Program-made: the position numbers and the translations under genes | Shown: positions 52,126 through 63,759 of the stretch, piece by piece | Layout of the letters: each line of letters opens with the position of its first letter | Numbering within the stretch: position 1 is the stretch's first letter | Notes under the pieces: generated by a model | Seen by the model: the letters and a program-made list of their open reading frames with translations, nothing else | What the model was told of the DNA's origin: nothing | Database searches by the model: none | Assembly (NCBI RefSeq): GCF_001194135.2 | Contig: NC_068987.1 | Span: 81,408,829-81,472,681, forward strand | Direction of reading: 5' to 3' | DNA from: Octopus bimaculoides | Lineage: Eukaryota | DNA length: 63,853 bases

Positions 52126-53479
52126 TCAGGTCATCCCATAAGTACTGTCCGATTTTACCTTTTTTAAAATTGAACGAAATTTAATAGTATTTTAGAATGT
52201 CTAATGGAATTTTAAAATCATTTTTATGCATTTGTGTACATTTAAACTAATTAAATATTATTTTACAGAATAATAGAATTAAAATTTCTTTGATTAATAT
52301 GGAAGCATCCAAAGAGCATTTCAGACACATAATGCTTTATGAGCACAAAAATGGAAACCCTGCAGCTGAAGCAACTTTAAACATACACTCTGTTTATGGG
52401 AAAGAATACTTGAATGAAAGGACTTGCAGAAGATGGTTTGCAAAATTCAGAAGTGGAGATTTCAGCCTTGGAGATGAAGATCGAACAGGACTTCCAGTTG
52501 AGTTTGATGATAGGCCTCTTGAGGCATTACTTGAAGAAAATCCTGCATTATCAGTTGAAGAAATGGCAATAAAGCTTAGTTCAAACCATACAACTGTTCA
52601 TCGTCATCTTCAACAGCTTGGAAAGGTTCCTAAACTTGGAAAATGAGTGCCTCATGAATTATCTGAAAGCAACCACAAATCCCGAGTTGACATCTGCTCT
52701 TTTCTCCATTCTTGCGAACTCATTTCAGCCTTTTTGGATAGACTTGTGACTGGTGACAAAAAATGGATCTTCTATCGAAATGTTAAATATTGTAAACAGT
52801 GGCTTGGTAAAAGAGAAAAAGTTCAACCACGACCGAGAAGGGAACTTCATGGGAAAAAGGTTCTTCTCTTTATCTGGTGGAATTGCAAAGGAGTAATTCA
52901 CTTTGAATTGTTATCACCTAATGCAACAATCAATGCTCAAGTCTACTGTCAGCAATTAAAGCGTTTGAACCAAGCTTTGAAGAAAAAAAGACCCGCTTTA
53001 GTGAATCGAAAAGGAGNNNNNNNNNNTCAGCAATTAAAGCGTTTGAACCAAGCTTTGAAGAAAAAAAGACCCGCTTTAGTGAATCGAAAAGGAGTGATGT
53101 TTCATCAGGACAATGTGCAACCCCACATTGCAAAGATCACATCACAGAAGATCGAAGAGCTTGGTTGGGAAAATTTCCTCATCCACCTTATTCTCCCGAC
53201 CTTACTCCTTCAGTCTACCATTTGTTTCGTAGTTTACAGAATTATTTGGGGGACATAACTTTCACAAACCAGGAAGAGGTTGAAACTGACATTTCAGAGT
53301 TCTTCGCTTTGAAACCAAAAGAGTTTTACATTGATGGGATTAAAGAGCTTGTAAATAGATGGAAGGAAGTCATAGATAATCAGGGAAAGTACATTGAGGA
53401 TTAAATTTCAATTAAATATAACATTTGATCACCTGTTTTCTTCATTCAAAATTCGGACAGAACTTATGGGATGACCTGA
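52126..53479 (+). mobile_element. Full-length mariner transposon, TA target-site duplication
   Basis: 27-bp TIRs tcaggtcatcccataagt(a/t)ctgtccga with one mismatch; TA at 52124-52125 and 53480-53481. Length is inflated by an assembly duplication around the N gap at 53017-53026. Confidence 0.97.
52299..53404 (+). pseudogene. Mariner DD34D transposase pseudogene
   Basis: MEASKEHFRH... HTH domain; W(TGA 52644-52646)VPHEL; VTGD (52755), HQDN (53109), YSPDLTPSV with the third catalytic Asp changed to Val (GTC 53213-53215); one-base deletion near 53170. Confidence 0.95.
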
Positions 53480-53974
53480 TAGTTTAATAAACATATGTTT
53501 TAAAATTCAATACCCAGAATTGTCTCAATAAAAGTCCTAGGGATACTTTAATTCCATTTCTAGATAGAAACTTTGAGATAAAAAAAAAAAAAACAGAACA
53601 AAACATATTATATCCGCTCCTTGTACACTAAAACCAACAGTGTCTACTTGTACTTACATGGCGATATTGAATATCTACATAGATATTAAATATCTTTAGT
53701 GAAATCTTTACATAGATGAATATTTTACCTCTTCCATAAAACACCACCCAGAGAAATCTAAAGACAAAACCAAACAAGAATCAACAATATGTATTTAAAC
53801 AAGCTGGTAGACCAGACTATAAAGAATACAGAAACAAATTCAGAGAGACAAATACATCAGGCACTACACAGTAATAAGATAAAAATCACACATAGCGTGT
53901 ATTATTTAAATACATTCTAGCTATACTAAATCTGTGGTTTTTAATCTGGGTGGTAGCTCCTAATATGGGCATTG

Positions 53975-54160
53975 TAAGATCACAATGTGGTAGAGAATGC
54001 TGATATAAGAGGGTGCTGTGGAAGCCAAGTGATTTGGATTCAGTCTCACAGTACAGTAACTTGGACATGTGTCTTCTGCAATAGCCCCAAGCTGAACAAA
54101 ACCTTGTGAGTGGATTTGGTTGATGGAAACTGAAAGAAGTCCATTGTGTCTCAATATACA
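53975..54160 (+). mobile_element. SINE family A, 5' half
   Basis: gattcagtctcacag...ccttgtgagtggatttggttgatggaaactgaaagaag. Confidence 0.75.
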
Positions 54161-54179
54161 TTTATATATATATGAAATC

Positions 54180-54602
54180 AAACTAAATTCGATGACTGGC
54201 ACCCATGCTAACATCGTCTCCCTCATTGGACATGAAACTCAGCTTGTGAAGACCTGTTGGAGCAAGTGAAAGCGAAATCGTGATGGCACCTGTGCCCAGC
54301 ATCGCCTTCCTGGCACATGTAAAGACATTCGAGCGAGATCATGCAAATGTCGCTGGACTGGCTCCTGTGCAGGTGGCACATAAAATACACCATTTTGAGT
54401 GTAGCCGTTGCCAGTACCACCTGACTGGCCTTTGTGTCGGTGGCATGTAACAGCACCCACTACACTCTCAGAGTGGTTGGCATTAGGAAGGGCATCCAGC
54501 TGTAGAAACTGCCAAATCAGATTGGAGCCTGGTGTAGCCAGCTGGTTCACCAGTCCTCAGTCAAATCGTCCAACCCATGCTAGCATGGAAAGCGGACATT
54601 AA

Positions 54603-54640
<38 letters not shown>
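54180..54640 (+). mobile_element. Repeat family C with (GAT)n tail
   Basis: ggttggcattaggaagggcatccagctgtagaaac...catgctagcatggaaagcggacattaaatgatgat. Confidence 0.88.
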
Positions 54641-54642
<2 letters not shown>

Positions 54643-55732
54643 GAAAGTGCTGAAAAGTTCTTGGCTTTAAGAGTATCAGGAAAGTCCTGGTTAGAGGCCC
54701 AGCCTCCCAAGAATTTTTTATCAGGGTTTAGGAAAATTAAAGGACTGCTGCCATAAGTGTGTGAATCTGAGAGAGGAATATGTTGAATAAAATCATAATT
54801 AACTGATTCTTCTGTATTTTCTTTTACCCAAAGCCAGAAACTCTTCAGCGCCCTTTCATACATATGCATGTGTGTACAGTATATACCTATGTAATTGTGT
54901 ATGTTACTTTTTCTTGTTATCACATGATGATTGTAATTGGCTGTCAATGTTATACAAGTGATATCTTCCATTTCAAATCTGCAAAAAAACATGACTGACC
55001 ATGAAGAAATATTTTCTTACTTAGGAACAAGCAATAACAACAGATATTTGACCATAGAAATTTGTCTCAATATATTCTGATTGCCCCATGCAAGCAAAGA
55101 AAAGTGGATATTGAAATGATGGTAATGATGATGATAAAGTCCTAATCTTTTATGGTAATTTCCACGAAATTTTCACAAGGGGCACTAGTCAATGCCCATA
55201 TCTAAAAAGAAGCACATACTAGAAGAGATAGTGCAGGCAAATATTGATAACAAATCATTGCACAAAATTAGCTTCCTTTTGCTTAATGTAAGCTCTCTTT
55301 CTGTGATGTTTTTCGATTTTCTTCTCCAAAATATGAGAAAGGTTTTTTCTTCTGAAACCTTATTCAGTGAAAAAGCAAGCTGCATTACGAGTTTGGAATA
55401 ACTGCAGTAGATGAATGCAATATGAAAAATTCATAAAACAGAGTGCAAAAGGCATTGCATACAAACCATCTTTTACTACAAAGAGTTAAAGAAAAGAAAA
55501 AAACTTTCTCTCAGTAAGAAAGCACATACTTTAAAGCCGATGAACATGTTGCAAGTGAGCAATGTTATTTACAAATTAGATTTTCAATTTGAAAGGTGTA
55601 AAGTAATAAAGCCACTACTCTAGTAACCATATTGGTCATGCAACTATAAGTGTCCCAGTGGCTCACTATGTGTGCACACATTACACACACACATGCATGT
55701 GCGCACACACACACACACACACACACACATGC

Positions 55733-56070
55733 ATGCACATGGCTCAGTAGTTAGAAGGTCACGCTCATAATCATGGGGTAGTGAGTTTGATTCCTTAACT
55801 GGGTCGTGTGTTGTGTTCTTGAGCAAGACACTTTATTTCCCATAACTCCAGTTCATTCAGCTGTAGAAATGAGTTGCAAAGTCACTGGTACCAAGCTGTA
55901 TCGGCTCCTTTGTCTTTCCCTTGGATAATATCCGTGGCATAGAGAGGGGAGGGGCTGGTATGCATGGGTGACTGCTGGTCTTCCATAAACAACCTTGCCT
56001 GGACTTGTGCCTCAGAGAGTAACTTTCTAGGTGCAATCTCATGGTCATTCATGACCAAAGGGAGTCTTTA
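55733..56070 (+). mobile_element. SINE family D
   Basis: Colinear with 11575-11910. Confidence 0.88.
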
Positions 56071-56189
56071 CTCTTTATATATGTGTGTGTGTGTATGCAT
56101 ACACATATATTTACATACATATGTATATGCACACATACTTATGCATATATATACCAGATTGTATTTTCGCATTTCAAGCTTTGATAAAC

Positions 56190-56740
56190 GGTTCCAACAA
56201 ATTACATGCAAAAAGTATTTATTTATCAAAAGTATATCTCATCAAATTCTTATTGTCTGCTGCCATCATTGTGCCAGAAGCTCAAATCCACGCTTATACC
56301 ATTTGGCTGGTTTGGAAGCAAAAAACTCCCTGCACCCATTTTCAACCTCATCCACATTGCTAAACCTCTGTCCTTGCAAGAAATGAGCCATGGCTTAGAA
56401 AAGGTGGTTATCTGATGGTACAAGGTCTGGACTGTAAGCAGGGTGAAGTAGCACTTCCAGCTTCTCAAGTTTGTGCAACATCACATTGGCTGTGTGTGTT
56501 GGGGCTTTGTCATGCTGTAAGAATGCATGTCTTTGACCAATGCCAGGTAGTGGGCTTTCAAAGCATCATATATTCACTGCAGTTGTTGGGCATAAAGGTT
56601 AACGCTCACAGCATTACCTTCTAGGACAAGCTCAAAATACAACAACCTCCAAAATTCCATCAAATATACATGACCTTCTGTAATTTTGTGATCCATTGGA
56701 TTCTTACGCAAATTGTTATTTCTAACAATTTGTGTAGGAG
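56190..56740 (-). mobile_element. Mariner fossil, C-terminal part
   Basis: HDKAPTHTANV...LHPAYSPDLVPSDNHLF*AMAHFLQGQRFSNVDEV. Confidence 0.88.
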
Positions 56741-57324
56741 TCCGACAGTCCCTATCTGAAAGTTTTGATTTTCTTCTGGAGTTTTGTTTTGATGAGGAGG
56801 TTTTTCCCTCTTTCTCAAAGGCTGTCATTACTTTTGATGCATTGTAATGGATAACACATGGGGAAAATGTTGAAAGGATATAGAATAGAAGAGAAGAAAA
56901 TAGTAGAAGAAAAAAAAATGTCGGAAGGCAAGAAAAATGACGTCCAGCTAAGTGCATGTCGCGTCTAGAAATGGTAAGTGAGAGAAATGGCCTGTAGTCA
57001 CGTGGGAGCAAACAGGCAGAGGAGAAGGGGGACAAGAGAGCAGGTGAGGGGGATGAAACAAAGGGAGTGAGTAGAAGGGAGAAGGAATGAAAGATAGGTG
57101 GCAGTGGAAGAAAGATATACAGGGGACAGCAAAGAAGGAGAGGGAGAAGCAGAAAATAAAGAGGATTATAGAGGGATAGATAGAAAGAAAGAAAGAAAGG
57201 GAACAGAGAATAAAGTTGCAGAAATTATAAATGAAATTAAAAACTTACTTAACTCTCGTGTGTTTACGTAATTTTCACTTGTTGGTGATGTCCTACACTT
57301 GATGTATTCTATATTTATTTATAA

Positions 57325-58089
57325 AACTAGGCAACAAGAAAATTTTTTGTCTTGCTATTTAAACTTTTCAGCTGATTTAGGGTAATTTTAGGGTGCTGAA
57401 TCTGAACCCGACATCAATTTTCAGACAGTACATGTAGTTATTTTAGTTATTCACAGCATCAGATTTTCCAACCGACTGATAATATTGACAAAGTAGTAGG
57501 CTATTTGCTTTCGATTTTCATTCATATACTCATCACTGAAACAAGAATAAGTGCTGATAGAAGGAAATGTAGGCTACCTTTTAAATTGCTACACAAGGTG
57601 AGGATTTATTTTATTTTGTTATCACTGTAATTATAGTAAAGTTCTCCTCCTAGTAGGCTATTGATATTAGGTTATAGCAAGCCTCTCAGACTCCCTTTTC
57701 TTGATAACTGCTAGTGCTGTTAAAACAAAGTACATCAAATAAAAAAGCCAGGTTATATGAAAATTAGTTTAGTAGTAAGTTTAGGTATTTATTAAACCAA
57801 TCAATGTTTGAAATTTGGGAGATGGAAAAAATTGTTTCGTGATTGCCATAGCTTCAATACATTCTACAATAATTTCAATGATTTTTTTTTTAGAAATATA
57901 TTTTGATGTTTTTCAGTAACATTTACAGTTAATCAATTTTATATTTTAGTTTATTGATAGGCTTCCTTGTGTATTGATTTAGGTTATTACTGTATGTATT
58001 TATGATGAGCAGAAAAGTTTTTTGTTTATCACCCGAGCAGCTTTTGTTATGTGTGTGGAAGATTTACACCAAAGCATCAGAGAAATAAG
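57325..58089 (+). mobile_element. Chapaev3-like (CMC) DNA transposon 5' end with start of transposase
   Basis: Terminus (a)actaggcaac; subterminal gctgaatctgaacccgacatcaatttt; MSRK, a frameshift in a T-run, then VYHPSSFCYVCGRFTPKHQR (58005-58089), matching the recalled Chapaev3 N-terminal PDxFCY(I/V)CG motif. Confidence 0.6.
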
Positions 58090-58322
58090 CTTATGTTTAT
58101 AAGGGGGAGACAAGCACCTCCATCCAGCTCTGGGTGGAGGTACTTGTCTCCCACTTGTAAACATAAGGACACAGGAAATGTGTCAAGGCCAACAGGAAGC
58201 GGTGCTGCTTCCTAGGGCTAAATAGCAGTAGTATTATTCCCTTCATGGGACTGTCACATTAAGTTGACAGCATACAAGTGTTTTATCGTATCACTACTGC
58301 ATAAATCTCTCTCAGAGATTTA
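58090..58322. other. Block of consecutive hairpins plus a four-way junction, function unknown
   Basis: 38-bp-arm hairpin 58090-58167; gacaca/tgtgtc; aggaagc/gcttcct; gcagtagt/actactgc enclosing tccc/ggga, ctgtca/tgacag and atac/gtat; taaatctct/agagattta. Confidence 0.85.
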
Positions 58323-58419
58323 AAAATGTATTATTTCTATTTAGTCTAATGACTGAAACATGTAAAAGATGTAGCCATGCTGGGGCACCACCTTGATATG
58401 TGATATATGTATATATTTA

Positions 58420-58643
58420 TGTGTGTGTGTGTCTTTGTGTTTGTGTTTGTCCTCCATCACCACTTGACAACTGGTGTTGGTGCATTTACAGCCCTATAAC
58501 TCAGCAGCTCAGCAAAAGAGACCGATAGTATAAGTACCAGGTTTTAAAAACGAAAGTCCTGGTATTGAATTGTTCAATTAAAACCTCTCAAGTCAGTGTC
58601 CCAGCATGACTGTAGTCAAAATGACTGAAATAAGTAAAAGGTA

Positions 58644-58648
<5 letters not shown>
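58420..58648 (+). mobile_element. SINE family A, 3' half
   Basis: ttgacaactggtgttgg...gcaaaagagaccgatag...atgactgaaataagtaaaagg. Confidence 0.82.
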
Positions 58649-58683
<35 letters not shown>

Positions 58684-58760
58684 NNNNNNNNNNNNNNNNN
58701 NNNNNNNNNNNNNNNNNNNNNNNNNNNNNNNNNNNNNNNNNNNNNNNNNNNNNNNNNNNN

Positions 58761-59180
58761 TGGAAACGAAACTCGGTTTGCGAAGAGTTATTGGGGCAAG
58801 CGAAAGCAAAACCGTCAATGGCAACTGTGCCCAGCATCGCCTTCCTGGGACTTGTGCTAGATGGCACGTGTAAAGACATTCGAGTGAGATCGTTGCCAGT
58901 GCTGCTGAACTGACTCTTGTGTGGGTGGCACATAAAATACACCATTTTGAGCGTGGCCATTGCCAGTACCATGTGACTGTCCTTCGTGCCAGTGGCACGT
59001 AAAAGCACCCACTACACTCTTGGAATGGTTGGCGTTAGGAAGGGCATCCAGCTGTAGAAACTCTGCCAGATTAGATTAGAGCCTGGTGCAGCCATCTGGT
59101 TTCACCAGTCCTCAGTCAAATCGTCCAACCCATGCTAGCATGGAAAGCGGACGTTAAACGATGATGATGATGATGATGAT
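58761..59180 (+). mobile_element. Repeat family C with (GAT)n tail, CpG-rich
   Basis: Colinear with 54180-54640. Confidence 0.9.
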
Positions 59181-59185
59181 ATATA

Positions 59186-59849
59186 CAGAGTGCGGTGGGT
59201 AAATTGTCACCATTTTATATTTTTGATTTTGTGCATGTGCATTGTTAGTTTTTGGGTTTTGTCAACTATGCAGTATAGTGGGCTGGTTGGGCATCATCTG
59301 TGAAGAAAACAGCACCATGACACAATTGACTCTACCAGAAATTTGGAAACAGCATGCTGTATTGCTTGGCATTCACACTGGAAGCTCCAATACAAACATT
59401 TCAGAGTATTTGGGTGTCAGTTTGAGGACATATACTGAGAGTGATAAATATCAAACATCTATGGTGTTTGGATTGATCACTTCTGCAACCACATCATGCC
59501 TGACATCTGGCCACCTAACTCCCTAGATTGCAATCCCCTTGATTATTATGTGTGGGTCACAATTAAGCAGGAGCCCAACAAAACTCCTTGTAACACTAAA
59601 GATTAACTAAAGGCAAGGGTTATGGCAGCATTCACCAACTTAGTCAAGACCATCCAGAAGAGTTCCAAGAGATTCTGAAGTTGTCTGTAGGCCGTGATTG
59701 AAACCAATGGCAATTTTGTTGAATGAATTTACTCTTTAGTATTTCAAGATATTTTTATGTAATTTTGGTAAATATATCTTTTAAATTGAGATGTCAGTGT
59801 TATTTTCATTTTTGTGTAATTTAGATGACACTTTATCTACCACACCCTG
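59186..59849 (+). mobile_element. Internally deleted Tc1/mariner-superfamily element (maT/DD37D-like)
   Basis: TA-flanked imperfect TIRs cagagtgcggtgggtaaattgtcacc vs reverse complement cagggtgtggtagataaagtgtcatc; WPPNSLDCNPLDYYVW...NKTPCNTKD. Confidence 0.85.
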
Positions 59850-60094
59850 TATATACCTTCACTCAGTTTATGTACGCAAAAAGTGAATATTAATTGACTC
59901 ACTACATCTGAAACTGAATGTGGTTGACATCTCTTCTGATAAAATTTAAAGTTGTTATCATAAAAATACATATACACACCCAATTTGATTTTTTGAAAAT
60001 TGAAGTTGTCAGGCACTCAATGTTGGCCGTCTTTGTTTCAGTTAAATTTGGCTGTATTTTTTATGCCAATTAGTATAATGATTGTTTTGCCAAG

Positions 60095-60280
60095 GTTTCT
60101 ATCAGCCAAAGACCTATTTCATATAGTGAAACAAATCATACATGTAAGTTTCTGATAAATTTAGCACTGTAGATGTTCACTAAGAAGGGGAAAAAATCTG
60201 AAAGTAATTGGAATATTATTCTTTTAGATGTTAAAGGATTGAAAGATCTGATACAGCGATTAAGAAGTAAAAGGATTTGA
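60095..60280 (+). CDS. Candidate exon pair (60095-60143, 60228-60280), unidentified
   Basis: Acceptor ttttgccaag|G, donor CAT|gtaagt, 84-nt intron, acceptor tattcttttag|AT; phases are compatible and give VSISQRPISYSETNHT-YVKGLKDLIQRLRSKRI*. No homology recognised. Confidence 0.18.
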
Positions 60281-62429
60281 AATCTATTAAGATGCTGACC
60301 AAGAAAGAAAATTATTAATAGCTCTCTACCTCTCTAAACAGACAACTTTATAGACATTTCGTTGAACAAATTGGCTGAATAAATACTGTTATCTGATTAA
60401 TAGTTGTCATGGTAAAAACAGATTAAACAAGTTGGTAGACAGAGTAGTATCAGCAAACTAACGAGAAGGAAGATAACACTAAATACTATTACATCTACTT
60501 TTGATATTTTCATATTTTTGTCTGGCTCTTTTAGTTCCATCAGATACACTTTGATTTGCAAGTAATAATTATTGTATATATAATAAATATACATTTAAAT
60601 GTACTAAAATGAAAATAATTTACTAGCTGAATATATCTTGTATATAGTCTTCTATATCTATATTCAAACATCAATTATCTTTATTCTGTCATTCTCAGTA
60701 TGTTGTGAGTTTTAAATATGTATTTTCAATACTTGCATTTGACATGAAATGCACTTCATATTTAATTTTTATCTTTAGGGTCAACAGAACAAGAAGTAGG
60801 GGACCTTACTCATATTAGATATTCAGTTTTGCTTATAAAGACATAATTATAATATAGTTATTGGAGAGAATTAAATGAATATGGAAAGACATCTCTTTCA
60901 GATATGTTATCTTAAAGCTTAAAGATATTATTTATAAGCTCATAACTTGCATCACATCATAGGCACTTTGAGCATAACACAATTTACACCTTTATTATAT
61001 TGATGCCTGTCATAATATTCTCACAGCATTGTAATTCTAATTTTAGTTCTTGTGTTTATAGCATCAATGATACCTAACATATTCATCGATTATCAACTAC
61101 ACTATGTAGAACCCTATCAAATACTTTTGCCAGGTCAGTATACAACCAGCTGATTATTATTTGTATGTCTGCATCATTGTGAATACACCTTTCTAGAAGG
61201 AATCTTTATTAAAGTGTATAGCAAAAGTTATCTTAGTCATCACCCTGTCAATAACTTCTACAGTTATTTCTAGGGAAAACAAATTACCTATGTAGTGAAT
61301 ATTGTACTTATTCTTGCATGTTATTCTTTTTTATATAACTTGTCTGTAACATCATTAGTTTGGCTTAATCTTTAATCTTTAAAACATGAAATAGTTGCTA
61401 ATTTTGATGACATGCTCAGTGGGAACATCTTACCTAATGTTTTGGCTTCATAACATTTGTAACTAGATTTATATCCAGTGGAATCATTTTTGAAATTCTG
61501 CAACTACGCCTGAGAAACCTGTCAGTTATGCTTTATTCATATTAGTAATTGTAATACTCACATATGCTTTACCTCTTTGGGTCAACAGTTTTTGTTGGAA
61601 TGTATGAATTATATGAATGTTTATGTTCTTAGTGTTATTCTTTATATGTCAGCATTATAATGAATAAACTTTTCCTGAATGATATCTTATTAAATTATCA
61701 CTCTACATAGCAAAATTTCTTTGGTTATCTCTAAAATATTTTCCAACTTAACTCTTATAGTTTTTTTCCAACTAACTTAATTTACTATGTCCTCCATTGA
61801 AGACTTTCTTAATTCCAACATTGTTCTCTTTATCATAATATCCTATCATGATTTTTATTGCATTGCGGAGCCTTTATTCTCATCATATCTCATTATTGTC
61901 TTGTTCTTACTAAGCTGGTTTTTCCCTACCCCAAACTGAGGTTGCTTTAAAATTTCAAACTTTTCTGTTTCTCTTCTATACATTTTCACAGAACCCACCA
62001 CATCTCACACTTGGATTCTTTTGTATTCTTCACCATTTGTTTATTTTGTATCATAGCAAAGTCAGAAATATATTTCTTGTCTTTATTTTTAGCAGTGTCA
62101 TGTTGCCAATAACTGCATTTTTCAATTCACTCATTTTACATTCCTATTGAATAGACTAAACAAAGTTTCATTTCTTCAAAATATGCGGAAGACATTGTAA
62201 GTGAGAAGTGTCAATTATTTTAATGAAAACACAATTAGAAACTAGTTAATCTAATTTCATCTGCATCTAACTATTAGGTCACTCGTTAATCGACTGCTTT
62301 TCTTAATTATTTGTTACAACCCATGGTTGTGAGGCTAAGAAGTTTATTTTACTACTGCATTGTCTAAGGTTCAACCTCTCCACAGTTAACTTCTACCATA
62401 CTGGTTGAAAGCCCATTGCTTTTATATAT

Positions 62430-62812
62430 AAGTGTTGCAGTGTGGTTAGAAATTTGTTTCTCAATAACATAATTCTGGGTTCAATCTCGTTATGTAGCAC
62501 TCAGAGCAAAAGCCTTCTGCTGTTGTCTCAGGCTGAATAAAGCTTTGTGAGCGGATTTGGTAGATGGAAACTGAAAGCCCATCATGTGTGTGTGTGTGTG
62601 TGTCTGTTTGTCACCCACCACTGCTTGCTATCCAGTGTTGGTTTGTTTACATCCCTGTAATGTAGTGGTTCAGCAAAATGGAACAATGAAGTAAGTACCA
62701 GGCTTAAAATAAAAAGTACTGGGGTCAATTAATTCGACTAAAAATGATTTCATGGTGGTGCACCAGCTTGGCCATAGTCTGGTGAGTGAAACAAGTAAAA
62801 GATAAACGATAA
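62430..62812 (+). mobile_element. SINE family A, near full length, diverged
   Basis: gggttcaatctc...gctttgtgagcggatttggtagatggaaactg...(TG)n...gaaacaagtaaaagat. Confidence 0.8.
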
Positions 62813-63754
62813 AAATACATGTAATATATATATATGTATTTGAGAATGCAAGTGCACATACATGTGTGTGTTTTTAGCTGGTATATATTGATTAAGATAT
62901 TAAGCATTAACGAAAAATCAGAAACGTTTTTGCTCAAAAGAAACGTCCTATATTTGTTCTACATGAAAGTACATACACCTCCTTGTCCCTTTCACCACCA
63001 GAAAGAAATGTAATGAGACAATAATTGCCCCATTGGAAAACCTGCAACTAATGACACCGTTGTAAGCTAATTGTGCTATAAATAATTTTAAAAATTGAAT
63101 AAAACTTGTAATTCAGCTACAATTTCCAGTGATATATGCATTTCAAGCCAGTCCATGTATAACTATAGAACAATGAACCTTATGCTCTTCATTGCAAAAT
63201 TAATAATACAAAGAGTTTTGAAATAATAACTGCTTAATATTTCACCTAATAAAATATTTACAATGTGCTATGCTTGCTAGTACAGTAGTTGGCCAAATGA
63301 TTTCTGACACAATAAATCATATACAGGAAGAATATCTACACACGTGCATGATGCAAGTAAAAACAACATGATTATACAGCAACAACTTGATAATAAGAAG
63401 CCATGTCCATACACATATCAAAACACACAATATAAAATGGATTTTCTAACAAGTGCACATTCTATGTATGTGTGTGTGTATGCATGTTGGTATATATGTA
63501 TATATGTATATATGAATATGCACATATTTTGTTGTGTACACACAAAGGTAGAAAAAAAATATTGCAAGATCATTATTAAGAATTCCTATCAAAACTACAT
63601 ATATGTATAACTTTCTTTCTGTCCAAAATGATAAAAAGAAAACCTTATACATGCAAAATATGACACCTGAAGGCAATGAGAGAAATGATTGATAAAAAAA
63701 AAAATTATAGAAAAAGCATCTACAATTAAGATAACTCCAACAACCAACCTATTG

Positions 63755-63759
63755 ATATA

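Noticed and set aside
52644-52646. A-to-I editing of UGA to UGG could rescue the mariner transposase in a high-editing animal
   Set aside because: A frameshift near 53170 and loss of the third catalytic Asp (GTC at 53213-53215) remain, so editing cannot restore activity.
52949-53094. 68-bp direct repeat inside the mariner transposase
   Set aside because: Identical copies flank a 10-N gap (53017-53026), the signature of an unmerged contig overlap rather than a biological duplication.
56574-57035. 153-aa minus-strand ORF
   Set aside because: Spans a purine-rich repeat and the edge of a mariner fossil; chance open frame.
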